64,000 bases of DNA from an uncultured Actinomycetes bacterium (lineage in GTDB: Bacteria; Actinomycetota; Thermoleophilia; Gaiellales; Gaiellaceae), in contig CAWBYI010000004.1 in the NCBI GenBank assembly GCA_963793035.1, forward strand, positions 4,175 to 68,174, read 5' to 3'. Below are positions 38,902 to 48,380 of the stretch, in pieces (the first letter of the stretch is position 1; each line of letters begins with the position of its first letter). The notes under the pieces were generated by a model that did no database searches, was not told where the DNA came from, and was given only the letters and a program-made list of their open reading frames with translations. A program made the translations under genes and the position numbers.

Positions 38902-39504
38902 TTACGAATCCTCCTTCGCTGCGATCGCCGACTCGATCGCGGCCAGCGCGCCCTTGCGCTTGCCGTGAGCCTGCTCGTACTCGAGGGCCGCGGCCAGCAT
39001 CGGCGCGTTCCAGCCGGGAGCTGCTTCCTTGATCTGGGCAACCGTCAGGTCCTCGTAGTCCGCCGGCATCCCCTTCGGCCGGTCGTCCTTCGCCTCGGGC
39101 GCGTCTGCCTTCGCCTCGGGCGCGTCTGCCTTCGCCTCGACTGCGGGAGCCTCTTCCTCCGCCTGCTTCGCGGCCTGCTCTTCCTTGGCGGGAGCCGAGC
39201 GCTTCTTCCCACCGATCGACTCGATCTCGATCTGGGTGAGCGAGGCACGGAACCCCGTGTGCCGGCGGTAGCCCGTGCGCTTCTTGTACTTGCCGATACG
39301 CACCTTCGGGCCCTTTACGCCGCCGAGGACGCGCGCGGTGACCTTGACGTCGGGCGCAAGAGACGGGGAACCGTCTCCGCCGACGAGCAGGACGTCCGGC
39401 GTGAACGTCGAGCCGTCATCGGCGTGGAGTCGGTCCACGAGCAGCCGCTCGCCCTCGCGAACGCGGTACTGCTTCCCGGCAACCTTGATGATGGCGTAGG
39501 TCAC
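38902..39504 (-). CDS. rplU: 50S ribosomal protein L21 with a ~95-aa C-terminal extension
   Basis: GTG start, then 'TYAIIKVAGKQYRVREGERLLVDRL...GPKVRIGKYKKRTGYRRHTGFRASLTQIEIESI'. A Lys/Ala/Glu-rich repeat and a helical tail follow: 'DLTVAQIKEAAPGWNAPMLAAALEYEQAHGKRKGALAAIESAI'. Confidence 0.9.
   Translation of the reverse strand: MTYAIIKVAGKQYRVREGERLLVDRLHADDGSTFTPDVLLVGGDGSPSLAPDVKVTARVLGGVKGPKVRIGKYKKRTGYRRHTGFRASLTQIEIESIGGKKRSAPAKEEQAAKQAEEEAPAVEAKADAPEAKADAPEAKDDRPKGMPADYEDLTVAQIKEAAPGWNAPMLAAALEYEQAHGKRKGALAAIESAIAAKEDS
39088..39140. repeat. 21-bp tandem repeat (2.5 copies) inside the rplU extension
   Basis: CTTCGCCTCGGGCGCGTCTGC x2 plus a partial copy. It encodes the reiterated 'EAKADAP'. 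Confidence 0.8.
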
Positions 39505-39514
39505 GACGTCTCGT

Positions 39515-39543
39515 CTCGAAAGAATCGCGGGCGGGCGCCCGCG
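39515..39543 (-). terminator. Hairpin plus U-rich tail between rne and rplU (terminator or L21-leader attenuator)
   Basis: The minus strand reads CGCGGGC-GCCC-GCCCGCG followed by ATTCTTTCGAG. It lies ~55 nt after the rne stop and ~10 nt before the rplU GTG. Confidence 0.45.
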
Positions 39544-39599
39544 AGCCGCCGAATGATAGCGAAGGGGCGCATCAGGGAGTGCTCCGGGCGGGTGTCTCG

Positions 39600-42389
39600 T
39601 CAGGCGGACCGCGAACGGGAGCGCGAGTCGAAGTCCTCGATCCACTCGGACATCGGAACGTACTCCGGCTCCTGCTCCTGCTCGGCAGACGCGTCGTCTT
39701 CCGCGACGGCCTCACCTTCGCTCTCGTCGGCGGCAGGCGCGTCGTCATCCGCCTGGTCGTCTGCGCCGTTCGTCGCGGGCTTCTTGCGCCGTCGCCCGCC
39801 ACGCGAGCCCCGCCGCGTGCGCTTCTTCTTCGGCTGTCCGTCGGCCTCCGCGGTCTCGACGACCGGCTCGACCACGGGCTCCTCCTGGGCCCCCGGCTCA
39901 GGCTCTGTTCCTGCTCCGTCGACCTCCGCCTCCTCGGCCTCGACGCCGAGGTCCGGTGGCGGGATATGGATCGTGGGCTTGGCCCGTGCGCCGTTGCCCG
40001 CTGCGTCGTCGCCCTCGGCCGCGGCCCCCGCGGTCGCCGGCTTCTTCTTACGGCCACGCCCGCCGCGCGTCCCGCGGCGCGTGCGCTTCTTCGGCGCAGC
40101 GCCGCCCGCGGCGGCCTCGTCGGTCGCCTCATCGGCGACCGCCATGACCTCATCCTCCTCGGCCTCGAGCTCCTCCTCCTCCTCGTCCTCCTCCTCGGGC
40201 TCCGGCTCGGCCGCAGCCTTCTTCGCGGGCGTGGGAGCCGGCTTCTTGCGGCTCGGCGCACGAGTCGGCTTCTCGGCCTCCGCCTCGAACGTGATCCCGC
40301 CGTCCGCCGACACCGCCTCGGCCGGGACGGCGAACGCGATGCCGTCGAGCACGCGGCCGATCGTGACGGACACCTTCTTCCCGACCAGCTTCGCCGCGTC
40401 GGCGACGACCACGTCGTAGCCGTCGACCTTCCCGACGCCTGCGGACGCGTCGTACAGGCCGACCTCGACGAGCTTCACGGAGATCGTCTCTTCCTCGGCG
40501 AACGGCGCCGACGGCTTGAGCGCATCGAGCTTGCCCTGCTCGAGGACGTCGAAGTGGTCGAGGTGGACGTGGCCGTTCTCGGCCGGAACCAGGAAGAACC
40601 GCCGCCGCGCGGCAGCCTCGATCGCGGCCAGCCGTGCGCCTCCCTGGCCGGCGAGCAGGGACAGAACGCGCGGATTGACGGCGACCCGGAACGCCTGTGC
40701 GCGTGCGCCGCCCGCGGCGAGCGCGCGCAGCCGGCGCTCGATCTCGATCGCCATCGTCTCGTCGGAGACGACGAACCCGTCGCCCTCGCAGACGGGGCAC
40801 CGCCGCGTGAGGATCTCGCGCGGGCCGTCGGTGACGTTCTGCCGCGTCATCTCGACGAGGCCGAGCGGCGAGATCTCGACGACGTACGTCTTCGTCCGGT
40901 CGCGCTCGAGCTCCGTACGCAGCGCGTCCTCGACCGTCTCCCGGTTCCTCGGGTTCGACATGTCGATGAAGTCGATGACGATGATCCCGCCGATGTCGCG
41001 CAGCCGGAGCTGGCGCACGACCTCCTTCACCGCCTCGAGGTTGTTCTTCACGATCGTGTCCTCGAGCCGGCCGGCCGAAGACTTGCCGCGCGAGCCGACG
41101 AAGCGACCCGTGTTCACGTCGATGACCGTGAACGCCTCGGCGTAGTCGAATACGAGATAGCCGCCCGAGGGAAGGTTGACCCTGCGCTCCAGCGTGGACT
41201 GGATCTCCTTGTCCACGCCGTATGCCTCGAACAGCGGCGGCTTCTCGCGGTAGCGCTGGACGCGCTCGATCATGTGCGGCGACGTCTTCTTCAGGTAGCT
41301 GACGATCCGCCGGTACGTCTTGTCGTCGTCGATGAGCGCGCTCGAGAAGTCGCCCGCGAAGAGATCCCGGACGATTCGCAGCGGGAGCTCCGCCTCCTCG
41401 TAGACGATGCTCGGCGCCGTCGCGTCCTTCGTCTTCGTCTGGATCGTCTTCCAGAGCCGCTGCAGGAAGACGAGATCGCGCTCGATGTCCTCGGCCGACG
41501 CGCCCTCGGCTGCGGTGCGGACGATGATCCCGCCGCCCTTCGCGTCGAGGCCCTTCACGATCTCCTTGAGGCGTGTGCGCTCGTCGTCCTCGAGCCTCCG
41601 CGAGACGCCGTAGCCCTCGCCGTTCGGGACGTACACGAGGAAACGGCCCGGGAGCGAGATCTCGGTCGTGAGCCGCGCGCCCTTCGACTTCATCGGGTCC
41701 TTGACCGCCTGGACGAGAACCGTCTCGCCGCGGCGGATCAGGTCCTGGATCTTCCTCGCGCCCTTCCGGCCCTCGAGCTCGGGGCCGACGATCTCGTCGA
41801 CGTAGAGGAAGCCGTTCTTCTCGAGTCCGATCTCGACGAACGCCGCCTCCATGCCGGGCAGCACGTTGTCGACGACGCCGAGGTAGATGTTCCCGGCGAT
41901 CGAACGGCGCTCGGGCCGCTCGAGGTAGACCTCGGCGACGCGGTCGTCCTCCATGATCGCCACGCGTTGCTCGCCGACGTCCACAGAGATGACGAGGTCG
42001 CGCTTCGCGGTCGGCAGGGGTGCGCGCCGCGTCGCGGTACGACGGCGGCCGCCCTTCGCCGATTTGCGGTCCTGCGTCTTCCGCGCCTGCTTCCGCTCGG
42101 GACGCCCGCGTGCGGGCTCCTTCCCATCGGCCTTCTCCGCCGTCGCGCCCTCGACCGCATCGGCCGCCTCGGGCGACCCGCCGGGCTGCGTCGGCTTCTT
42201 CTTTCCGCGCCCGCCGCGGCTACCGCGGCGGCGCCTCTTCTTCGTCGGATCCGTCGCCTCTTGCGGCGCTACGGCATCCGTACCTTCCTCAGGCCGGCCC
42301 GGCTCCTCCTGGGCGACCTCCACTTCCGCGACGGCACTCGCCGCGGGCGTCTCTTGCTTCTTTCCGAAGCGGAACCACAGTCTTGCCAA
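39600..42389 (-). CDS. rne: Ribonuclease E/G
   Basis: S1 domain 'GNIYLGVVDNVLPGMEAAFVEIG' and catalytic core 'GGIIVIDFIDM' are present, plus the Zn-link 'CPVCEGDG'. Arg-rich modules 'KKR(T)RRGSRGGRG(K/R)KKP' occur once N-terminally and twice C-terminally. TTG start follows GAGGAG. Confidence 0.92.
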   Translation of the reverse strand: MARLWFRFGKKQETPAASAVAEVEVAQEEPGRPEEGTDAVAPQEATDPTKKRRRRGSRGGRGKKKPTQPGGSPEAADAVEGATAEKADGKEPARGRPERKQARKTQDRKSAKGGRRRTATRRAPLPTAKRDLVISVDVGEQRVAIMEDDRVAEVYLERPERRSIAGNIYLGVVDNVLPGMEAAFVEIGLEKNGFLYVDEIVGPELEGRKGARKIQDLIRRGETVLVQAVKDPMKSKGARLTTEISLPGRFLVYVPNGEGYGVSRRLEDDERTRLKEIVKGLDAKGGGIIVRTAAEGASAEDIERDLVFLQRLWKTIQTKTKDATAPSIVYEEAELPLRIVRDLFAGDFSSALIDDDKTYRRIVSYLKKTSPHMIERVQRYREKPPLFEAYGVDKEIQSTLERRVNLPSGGYLVFDYAEAFTVIDVNTGRFVGSRGKSSAGRLEDTIVKNNLEAVKEVVRQLRLRDIGGIIVIDFIDMSNPRNRETVEDALRTELERDRTKTYVVEISPLGLVEMTRQNVTDGPREILTRRCPVCEGDGFVVSDETMAIEIERRLRALAAGGARAQAFRVAVNPRVLSLLAGQGGARLAAIEAAARRRFFLVPAENGHVHLDHFDVLEQGKLDALKPSAPFAEEETISVKLVEVGLYDASAGVGKVDGYDVVVADAAKLVGKKVSVTIGRVLDGIAFAVPAEAVSADGGITFEAEAEKPTRAPSRKKPAPTPAKKAAAEPEPEEEDEEEEELEAEEDEVMAVADEATDEAAAGGAAPKKRTRRGTRGGRGRKKKPATAGAAAEGDDAAGNGARAKPTIHIPPPDLGVEAEEAEVDGAGTEPEPGAQEEPVVEPVVETAEADGQPKKKRTRRGSRGGRRRKKPATNGADDQADDDAPAADESEGEAVAEDDASAEQEQEPEYVPMSEWIEDFDSRSRSRSA

Positions 42390-42424
42390 GGTGTGAATCT
42401 CCTCTGGTTGTCGCGCGCGTGAAA

Positions 42425-42445
42425 GGAGACGCCCCAGGCGTCTCC
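42425..42445 (-). promoter_or_regulatory. Stable hairpin plus UUUC in the rne 5' leader
   Basis: The minus strand reads GGAGACGCC-TGG-GGCGTCTCC then TTTCACG. It lies 35 nt upstream of the rne start and ~110 nt downstream of the preceding stop. Confidence 0.45.
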
Positions 42446-42552
42446 ATCGCGCTGCGTGTGTCGAAAACTCCGGCCATTGTCATCAAGCCTGTCACCAGCC
42501 TACCAGCCGACGTGGCCGATCCGGGCGTCCCGGGGAGCCGGTGCTGGGACGC

Positions 42553-42747
42553 TCAGGCAGCCGCAGGCCGAAGACGGGAGCGCCTCGCGCGGACCGCGCG
42601 GAGCCGTTGCGAGAGCCGCGCCCATGCCCACGGCTCGACCTCGCCGTACCGGGTCAGGGTCTGACCCCGCGTTGCCTCGAGGTACTCGAACCACGCATCT
42701 GCCTCTTCGAGCTGAAGCAGCTCCTCGGCCAGCTCCGTGTTCGGCAT
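42553..42747 (-). CDS. Small hypothetical protein (64 aa)
   Basis: GGGAGGAG precedes the ATG. It reads 'MPNTELAEELLQLEEADAWFEYLEATRGQTLTRYGEVEPWAWARLSQRLRAVRARR...'. Confidence 0.5.
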   Translation of the reverse strand: MPNTELAEELLQLEEADAWFEYLEATRGQTLTRYGEVEPWAWARLSQRLRAVRARRSRLRPAAA

Positions 42748-42829
42748 CGCTCCTCCCATTGGGTCGTACCTGGGACTGTCGCCCGCGATCCTAGGTCCAG
42801 GACCGGACGGACTGAGCAGGGGCGCGGGG

Positions 42830-43627
42830 CTACGCGAGACGGTTCGAATACCGGCGGACGGCCTCGCCGAGGGCCCACGTTCCGGCCGCCGCGATGCCGG
42901 CATCCGTGATGGGTCCGGGCAGCACGCGCCTTGCCACGATCGCGGCCTGGCGGAAGACGAAGCCGGCCCCGAGCGCCGCCGCGGCGAAGGGCGCGGCATC
43001 CTTCAGTGCGTCCTGGCCAGAAGCGGGAGTCGTCTGCTCGAGCCGCCTGAGCTCCGCGAGCATCCGGATCTGCTCGAGCGTGATCAGCGGCCGTGCCGGA
43101 CGCGAGCGCTTCCCCAGCGTGGCGAGGACGGCCGTGCGCACGATCGACGTACCCACGACGGCCTCCGCCGCCTTCTCGTGCAGCACCGGCACGCGGCGCG
43201 CAAGGTCGACGGGGTGCTCGACCGCTTCGACGATCCGGACGGCGATCTCATCCACCGGGAAGCCTTGTCCCGCCCGGCACTCCACGACAAACGGCGTGAG
43301 GACGAACGGCTTCGCCCACTCCGCCTGCGGCCAGAGCTGCACCAGGATGACCGGCACGCCCTCGCGGTCGGCATCGCGCACGAGCGCGTCGTCCTCCTGA
43401 CTCGGATCGCCTGCGATCACGTGCACGAGCACGGAGCTCCGCGAGAGACGCGAAGCGTCCACGGCGACGACGGCGCCCGGGTCCGCGCCCTCGCCGAGCT
43501 GCTTGGCGAGCTGCTCCGCGAGCATTCCCGTCACGAGCACGGGGCCGACGCGGGCAGGCTCGGTCTCGTCACGCAGCGCGCCGACGATGCTCCGCACCTC
43601 GCCGAGCGCGGCGCTCGCGCGCTTCAA
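42830..43627 (-). CDS. Hypothetical protein, degenerate GTPase-like N-terminus with a DUF697-like hydrophobic C-terminus
   Basis: 265-aa clean ORF whose start overlaps the rodA stop. No intact P-loop. The family assignment is weak. Confidence 0.55.
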   Translation of the reverse strand: MKRASAALGEVRSIVGALRDETEPARVGPVLVTGMLAEQLAKQLGEGADPGAVVAVDASRLSRSSVLVHVIAGDPSQEDDALVRDADREGVPVILVQLWPQAEWAKPFVLTPFVVECRAGQGFPVDEIAVRIVEAVEHPVDLARRVPVLHEKAAEAVVGTSIVRTAVLATLGKRSRPARPLITLEQIRMLAELRRLEQTTPASGQDALKDAAPFAAAALGAGFVFRQAAIVARRVLPGPITDAGIAAAGTWALGEAVRRYSNRLA

Positions 43628-44811
43628 GGCGCCCGCCCCGGGGGGATGCCGCGCGCGTGGATCCCCTGAAGCACGCCGATGAGCACGAGGTTCGCGACCA
43701 TCGACGTCCCGCCTACCGCGATGAACGGCAGCGGAATGCCCGTGACCGGCGCCACGCCCATCGTCATGCCCGCGTTCACGAACACCTGGAAGAGGAACGC
43801 AAAGACGAGCCCGCCTGCGACGACCGCGCTGTAGAGGTCACGGGCGACGGTCACGACGCGAAGCCCCCGCCAGACGACGAGCAGGTAGAGGAGCAGCAGC
43901 ACGGAGCATCCGACGAAGCCACGCTGCTCGCCGAGCGACGCGAACGCGAAGTCCGTCGCGTGCTCCGGGAGGTAGTCGAGCCGTGTCTGGCTCGCCTCGA
44001 CGACTCCACGGCCGTCGAAGCCGCCGGAGCCGATGGCGGTGATCGACTGGTTCACGTTCCACGTCGCCCCGCTCGGATCGTGGGTGGGATTCACGAGCAC
44101 CGTGAGGCGCTCGGTCTGATACGGCTGCAGGACCTCGATGCCCGCAGCGGGCAGCCACCAGAGGACGGACAGGATCACGACCGCGGCGGCGACGAGCAAC
44201 GTCAACAGCTGGCGCCAGCGCACGCCCGCGAAGAAGAGGATCGCGAAGAGGGCGGCCGCGTAGACGAGCGCCGTCCCGAGGTCCGGCTGCTGGAACACGA
44301 GGAGGATCGGGATCGCGCCCAGGCCGAGTGTCTGGAGAACGGTCTTCCACCGCGACACCCGGTTCGCGCGCTCGACGACGAACCCGGCGATCGCGAGCAC
44401 GAAGAGGACCTTGCCGAGCTCGGAGGGCTGGAACTGGATGACGCCGATGTCGATCCAGCGCTTCGAGCCACGGATCGTCTCGGCGGCGACGAAGACGATC
44501 ACCATCAGCGCCAGCGTCGCGCCGTAGACCACCTTCCAGTAGCGGCGGACGAGATCGAGCGGGACGAGAGCGGCGACGATCATCCCGCAGACGCCGAGGA
44601 CCGCCGCGATCGCCTGCCGCGTCACGTAGTAGTTCTCCTCGCCCGGCACGTCGAAGCGCGTGATCCCGTCGACTACCCAGAGGCCGTAGCCGACGAGCAC
44701 GCCGGCGGCGATGAGGAGGACCCAGTCGAGGCTGCGGATGAACGCGATCGGCTTCGACGTGGCCCGCGGGCTCCGGACGGCGACGGGAGGACGGCCGGCG
44801 ACGTCGATCAT
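43624..44811 (-). CDS. rodA: SEDS peptidoglycan polymerase RodA
   Basis: Polytopic FtsW/RodA sequence ('QPSELGKV', 'QPDLGTA', 'LPEHATDFAFASLGEQRGFVG', 'VGGTSM'). The ATG overlaps the mrdA stop (ATGA). Confidence 0.9.
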   Translation of the reverse strand: MIDVAGRPPVAVRSPRATSKPIAFIRSLDWVLLIAAGVLVGYGLWVVDGITRFDVPGEENYYVTRQAIAAVLGVCGMIVAALVPLDLVRRYWKVVYGATLALMVIVFVAAETIRGSKRWIDIGVIQFQPSELGKVLFVLAIAGFVVERANRVSRWKTVLQTLGLGAIPILLVFQQPDLGTALVYAAALFAILFFAGVRWRQLLTLLVAAAVVILSVLWWLPAAGIEVLQPYQTERLTVLVNPTHDPSGATWNVNQSITAIGSGGFDGRGVVEASQTRLDYLPEHATDFAFASLGEQRGFVGCSVLLLLYLLVVWRGLRVVTVARDLYSAVVAGGLVFAFLFQVFVNAGMTMGVAPVTGIPLPFIAVGGTSMVANLVLIGVLQGIHARGIPPGRAP

Positions 44812-46829
44812 CAGTCGGTCTCCTCCAGCAGGCCCGTGTCGAGCGGCGCGTTCTGGCCGAAGAACTTCTCGAACACCTTGAGCGCTGCGGGCGCCGCGGC
44901 AGTCGACCCGTGCCCACCGTTCTCGATCAGGGCGCAGACGACGAGCCTGGCGTTCTCCGACGGCCCCCAGCCGCACCACCACGACTGGTCCTCGAGGTGG
45001 TCGGACGGATAGCCCGGCAGCGGGACGACCTTCTCGGCCGTTCCCGTCTTGCCCGAGATCGGCACCGAGTAGTTCCCGAAGATGCTGGACGACGTGCCGC
45101 TTGCGGAGTGCGTCGCGAGGTAGAGGCCCTCGCGGACGACGCGGACGGCCTCCGGATCGAGGCCCGCCGACTTCGGCGGCAGCGGCGCGAGCCGGCGCTC
45201 GATCACGCGCGGCGAGTTTTCGCTACCCGGCCGCTCGACGTCGGAGACGAGATACGGCGACACGACGTTGCCGCCGTTCGCGAGCATCGCGTAGAACGAC
45301 GCCATCTGGAGGGGCGTGACGAGCAGGTCCTTCTGGCCGATCGCGAGCTGGATCGAGTCGCCCGGGTTCCAGGCGCGGTCCCAGTCGCTCTGGAACGTCT
45401 GCTTGCGCCAGTCCGGCGTCGGCAGGAGCCCCTCGGCCTCGCCGCCGATGTCGAGCCCCGTCGGCTGGCCGAAGCCGAAGCGGCGTGCCCACTGCTGGAG
45501 GCGCACACGGCCCTCCCCGCCTCGCTCGTAGAAGCGGTTCCCGATCTCGTAGAAGTACGTGTCGCACGACTCGGCGAGCGCCTCGACGAGCGTCATCGGG
45601 CGGTCGACGTACGGGTTCCAGTTCACGAACTTCTGCCTGTCGAGGCCGTAGTACGCAACCGGCGAGCACTGGATCGAGTCGTAGGCGGAGAAGACGTGCT
45701 CCTGCATGCCGGCGAGCGCCGTCACGGGCTTGAACGTGGACCCGGGCGGGTAGAGCGCGGCGGTCGCGCGGTTGAGGCCGGGGTAGTTCGCGCGCCTGGC
45801 CGCCTCGTCCTCGAGCAGCGGGGCGAGCTTCTTCGGGTCGACGCGGCCGACGTAGACCGACGGCTTGTAGGTCGGGTTCGAGGCCATCGCGAGGATCGCG
45901 CCGTCACGTGGGTCGAGGGCGACGATCGCGCCGCCGTCCGCAGCCCAGTGGTCGTTCTGGTGCGCGAGGTCGATCCCGTACACGAGCGCCTGCTCGGCCG
46001 CCCGCTGGAGCTGCACGTCGAGGGTCAGGCGGAGCGCGAACCCGGCCCGGGCCTCCTGTGTCGGGACATAGGCGCCGACCTGCCGGCCCATGGAGTCCAC
46101 GCGGATCTGCCCGAGGCCGTGCCGGCCGCGGAGCTCGGAGTCGTATGAGGCCTCGATCCCCGCCTTGCCGAGCCGGTCACCACCGCGGTATCCATCCCTG
46201 CGCAGGACCTTCAGCTCCTCCGGCGAGATCTCGCCGATGTAGCCGAGGATCTGGGCGGCGAGCGCCCCGTAGCTGTAGTCGCGCAGGTACGTCTGCACGA
46301 TCCGCACGCCCGGGAACTCCGCGCGGTGCTCGTACAGGTAGTTGACCTGGGCCTCGTGGACGGCCGTCTTGACCGTGATCGGCGTCAGGGGATCGGATGC
46401 GCGGGCGGCCACGTCGCGCGCGAGCTCGCGCGGCGGGACGTCGAGCACGGTCGAAAGCCTGCGGACGATGTCGCGGCGGCGGCCGAGGGAGCGCGGCATG
46501 TCCCCGACCCAGAGCTGGACCGCGGTTCCCGCCACGTTCCCGACGATGACTCGGCCGTCACGGTCGAGGATCGGCCCGCGCGGCGCCTCCTCGCGGATGA
46601 GCCGGATCTGGTTGTTCTGGGCGGCGGTCAGGTAGTTGTCGCCGGAGAGCACCTGCAGCGACCAGAGCCGGAAGAAGAGGATCCCGAAGACGACGAGCGC
46701 GAGAGCGCCGAGGACTCCCACGCGGATCGCGAGCGACGGCGTCAGCCTGTACGGCTCACGGACCTTGGGATCGGGCGGCAGGAACCGTCCCGAGCCGGAG
46801 CGCGGCTCCTCGTATGCGCCCTCAGGCAA
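44811..46829 (-). CDS. mrdA: Penicillin-binding protein 2 (elongasome transpeptidase)
   Basis: N-terminal TM anchor, active site 'PGSTFKP', and SxN/KTG motifs ('SGKTGTAE'). Confidence 0.9.
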   Translation of the reverse strand: MPEGAYEEPRSGSGRFLPPDPKVREPYRLTPSLAIRVGVLGALALVVFGILFFRLWSLQVLSGDNYLTAAQNNQIRLIREEAPRGPILDRDGRVIVGNVAGTAVQLWVGDMPRSLGRRRDIVRRLSTVLDVPPRELARDVAARASDPLTPITVKTAVHEAQVNYLYEHRAEFPGVRIVQTYLRDYSYGALAAQILGYIGEISPEELKVLRRDGYRGGDRLGKAGIEASYDSELRGRHGLGQIRVDSMGRQVGAYVPTQEARAGFALRLTLDVQLQRAAEQALVYGIDLAHQNDHWAADGGAIVALDPRDGAILAMASNPTYKPSVYVGRVDPKKLAPLLEDEAARRANYPGLNRATAALYPPGSTFKPVTALAGMQEHVFSAYDSIQCSPVAYYGLDRQKFVNWNPYVDRPMTLVEALAESCDTYFYEIGNRFYERGGEGRVRLQQWARRFGFGQPTGLDIGGEAEGLLPTPDWRKQTFQSDWDRAWNPGDSIQLAIGQKDLLVTPLQMASFYAMLANGGNVVSPYLVSDVERPGSENSPRVIERRLAPLPPKSAGLDPEAVRVVREGLYLATHSASGTSSSIFGNYSVPISGKTGTAEKVVPLPGYPSDHLEDQSWWCGWGPSENARLVVCALIENGGHGSTAAAPAALKVFEKFFGQNAPLDTGLLEETD

Positions 46830-47349
46830 GGAGCTCCACCTCCCCCGCCGGCTGGTAGACCGTCCGCTCGCCGATGATCGTGCGCACGAGGGCGTAGACG
46901 GGCACCGCGACGACGAGATTGAGGATGACCGCCGGCCAGAGCGCCGTGAAGAGCGCCTGCCGCGCGACCACGTCGTCGCCGAGCATGTAGTGGAGGGCGA
47001 AGCCGAAGAACGCCGCGAGCACGGTCAGGACGCCGACGGCGAAGAACAACGGGAGCCAGCGACCGCGAGCCGTCGTCTCCGCATAGCGCCCGGCCCAGAA
47101 GCCGGCGAGCGTGAGGACGAGCGACGTGAGCCCGAGGGTGTCGAGCGTCAGCAGGTCGACGACGAGGCCGCCCGCGAACCCGAGCACCGCCCCTGGAACG
47201 GCGCCGCGGAGCAGGCCGAGCGAGATCACCGTCACGAGGAGCACGTCAGGCGCCCCGCCGAGGATCGAGAACGACGAGAAGATCGCCGCCTGGAAGAGCG
47301 CCGCCACGAAGACGACCGCGCCGGCGCGCGTCGCGTCGCCGAGCGTCAC
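46822..47349 (-). CDS. mreD: Rod shape-determining protein MreD
   Basis: 175-aa polytopic protein between mreC and mrdA. Confidence 0.8.
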   Translation of the reverse strand: MTLGDATRAGAVVFVAALFQAAIFSSFSILGGAPDVLLVTVISLGLLRGAVPGAVLGFAGGLVVDLLTLDTLGLTSLVLTLAGFWAGRYAETTARGRWLPLFFAVGVLTVLAAFFGFALHYMLGDDVVARQALFTALWPAVILNLVVAVPVYALVRTIIGERTVYQPAGEVELLA

Positions 47350-47359
47350 GCGCGCCCCG

Positions 47360-48298
47360 TCATCGCGGCCGGATCGTCGGGACGAGGACGAGGACGGCGT
47401 CGAGCGCGCCGAAGTCGACGTAGGGGTCGACCTGGACCTGCTGGTAGAGATCGGTGTCCGTCTGGCCCACGCTCGTCACCTCGCCGACGGGGATCCCCTT
47501 GGGGTACAGCGAGCTGAGCCCGCTAGCGCTCCACCCGGCAGTCACGAGCTCGTCGCCGACCTTGACCACGTCCTCCTTCTGCACACGGTCGAGCACCAGC
47601 GTCTCGCGCGTGCCACGCGCATGACGGACGATTCCGGGCGCGCCCGTGCGCAGGTCGATGGACGGCACGGCGAGCTGCTGGTCCGTGAGGAGCTGGATGC
47701 GGGCGGTGCCCGGCGTGACCCGTGTGACGAGGCCCACCAGCCCCTCCGGCGCGACGACCGGGTCGTTCACGCGCACGCCGTCATCGGAGCCGACTGCCAC
47801 GACGACCGCCTGCGTGAAGGCGCCCGCAGGCCGGGCGATGACCTCGGCGGCGAGGCCGCGGAAGTCGCGCGGGAACCGCGGGCCGTCCCGGTACTCGAGG
47901 AGCCGGCGCAGGGTCACGTTCTCCTGAAGGGCGAACTCGTTCTGGATCGCGCGCTGCCGGAGCTCCTCGACCTCCGTCCGCAGCGTCTCGGCGTCCGAGC
48001 GCGCGGTGAACAGGCTGTCGAACCAGCTATACGCGTCGCGGAACGGCTGTGCCACCCGCTCGACACCGACGGCGAACGGCCGCAGCACGGTCGCTCCCGT
48101 CGACTGGATTCCGCCCAGGGATCCGTCGGAGCCGGAGCGGAAGGAGAGCGAGATCAGCACCAGGGCGAGGACGACGAGAAATCCTACGATCAGTCGTCGG
48201 CGCAATGGTCCCGTGCCTCGCGAGCCGAGAGGGGAGGGCGGAACGCGCCGGACGGTCACGCCCAGCGCCGCCGAACGAGCGCTGCGATGCCGGGGCAC
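47360..48298 (-). CDS. mreC: Rod shape-determining protein MreC
   Basis: TM anchor 'LIVGFLVVLALVLISL', a coiled coil, then beta-rich 'GLVGLVTRVTPGTARIQLLTD'. Start uncertain. Confidence 0.85.
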   Translation of the reverse strand: MPRHRSARSAALGVTVRRVPPSPLGSRGTGPLRRRLIVGFLVVLALVLISLSFRSGSDGSLGGIQSTGATVLRPFAVGVERVAQPFRDAYSWFDSLFTARSDAETLRTEVEELRQRAIQNEFALQENVTLRRLLEYRDGPRFPRDFRGLAAEVIARPAGAFTQAVVVAVGSDDGVRVNDPVVAPEGLVGLVTRVTPGTARIQLLTDQQLAVPSIDLRTGAPGIVRHARGTRETLVLDRVQKEDVVKVGDELVTAGWSASGLSSLYPKGIPVGEVTSVGQTDTDLYQQVQVDPYVDFGALDAVLVLVPTIRPR

Positions 48299-48380
48299 GA
48301 CGGCCCAGTCTAGCGAGGCGGGAAGCGGTCTTCCTCCGCGCCGGCTCCGTTAGCGCGGCTGCAACACAGCGGCCGTCGCC

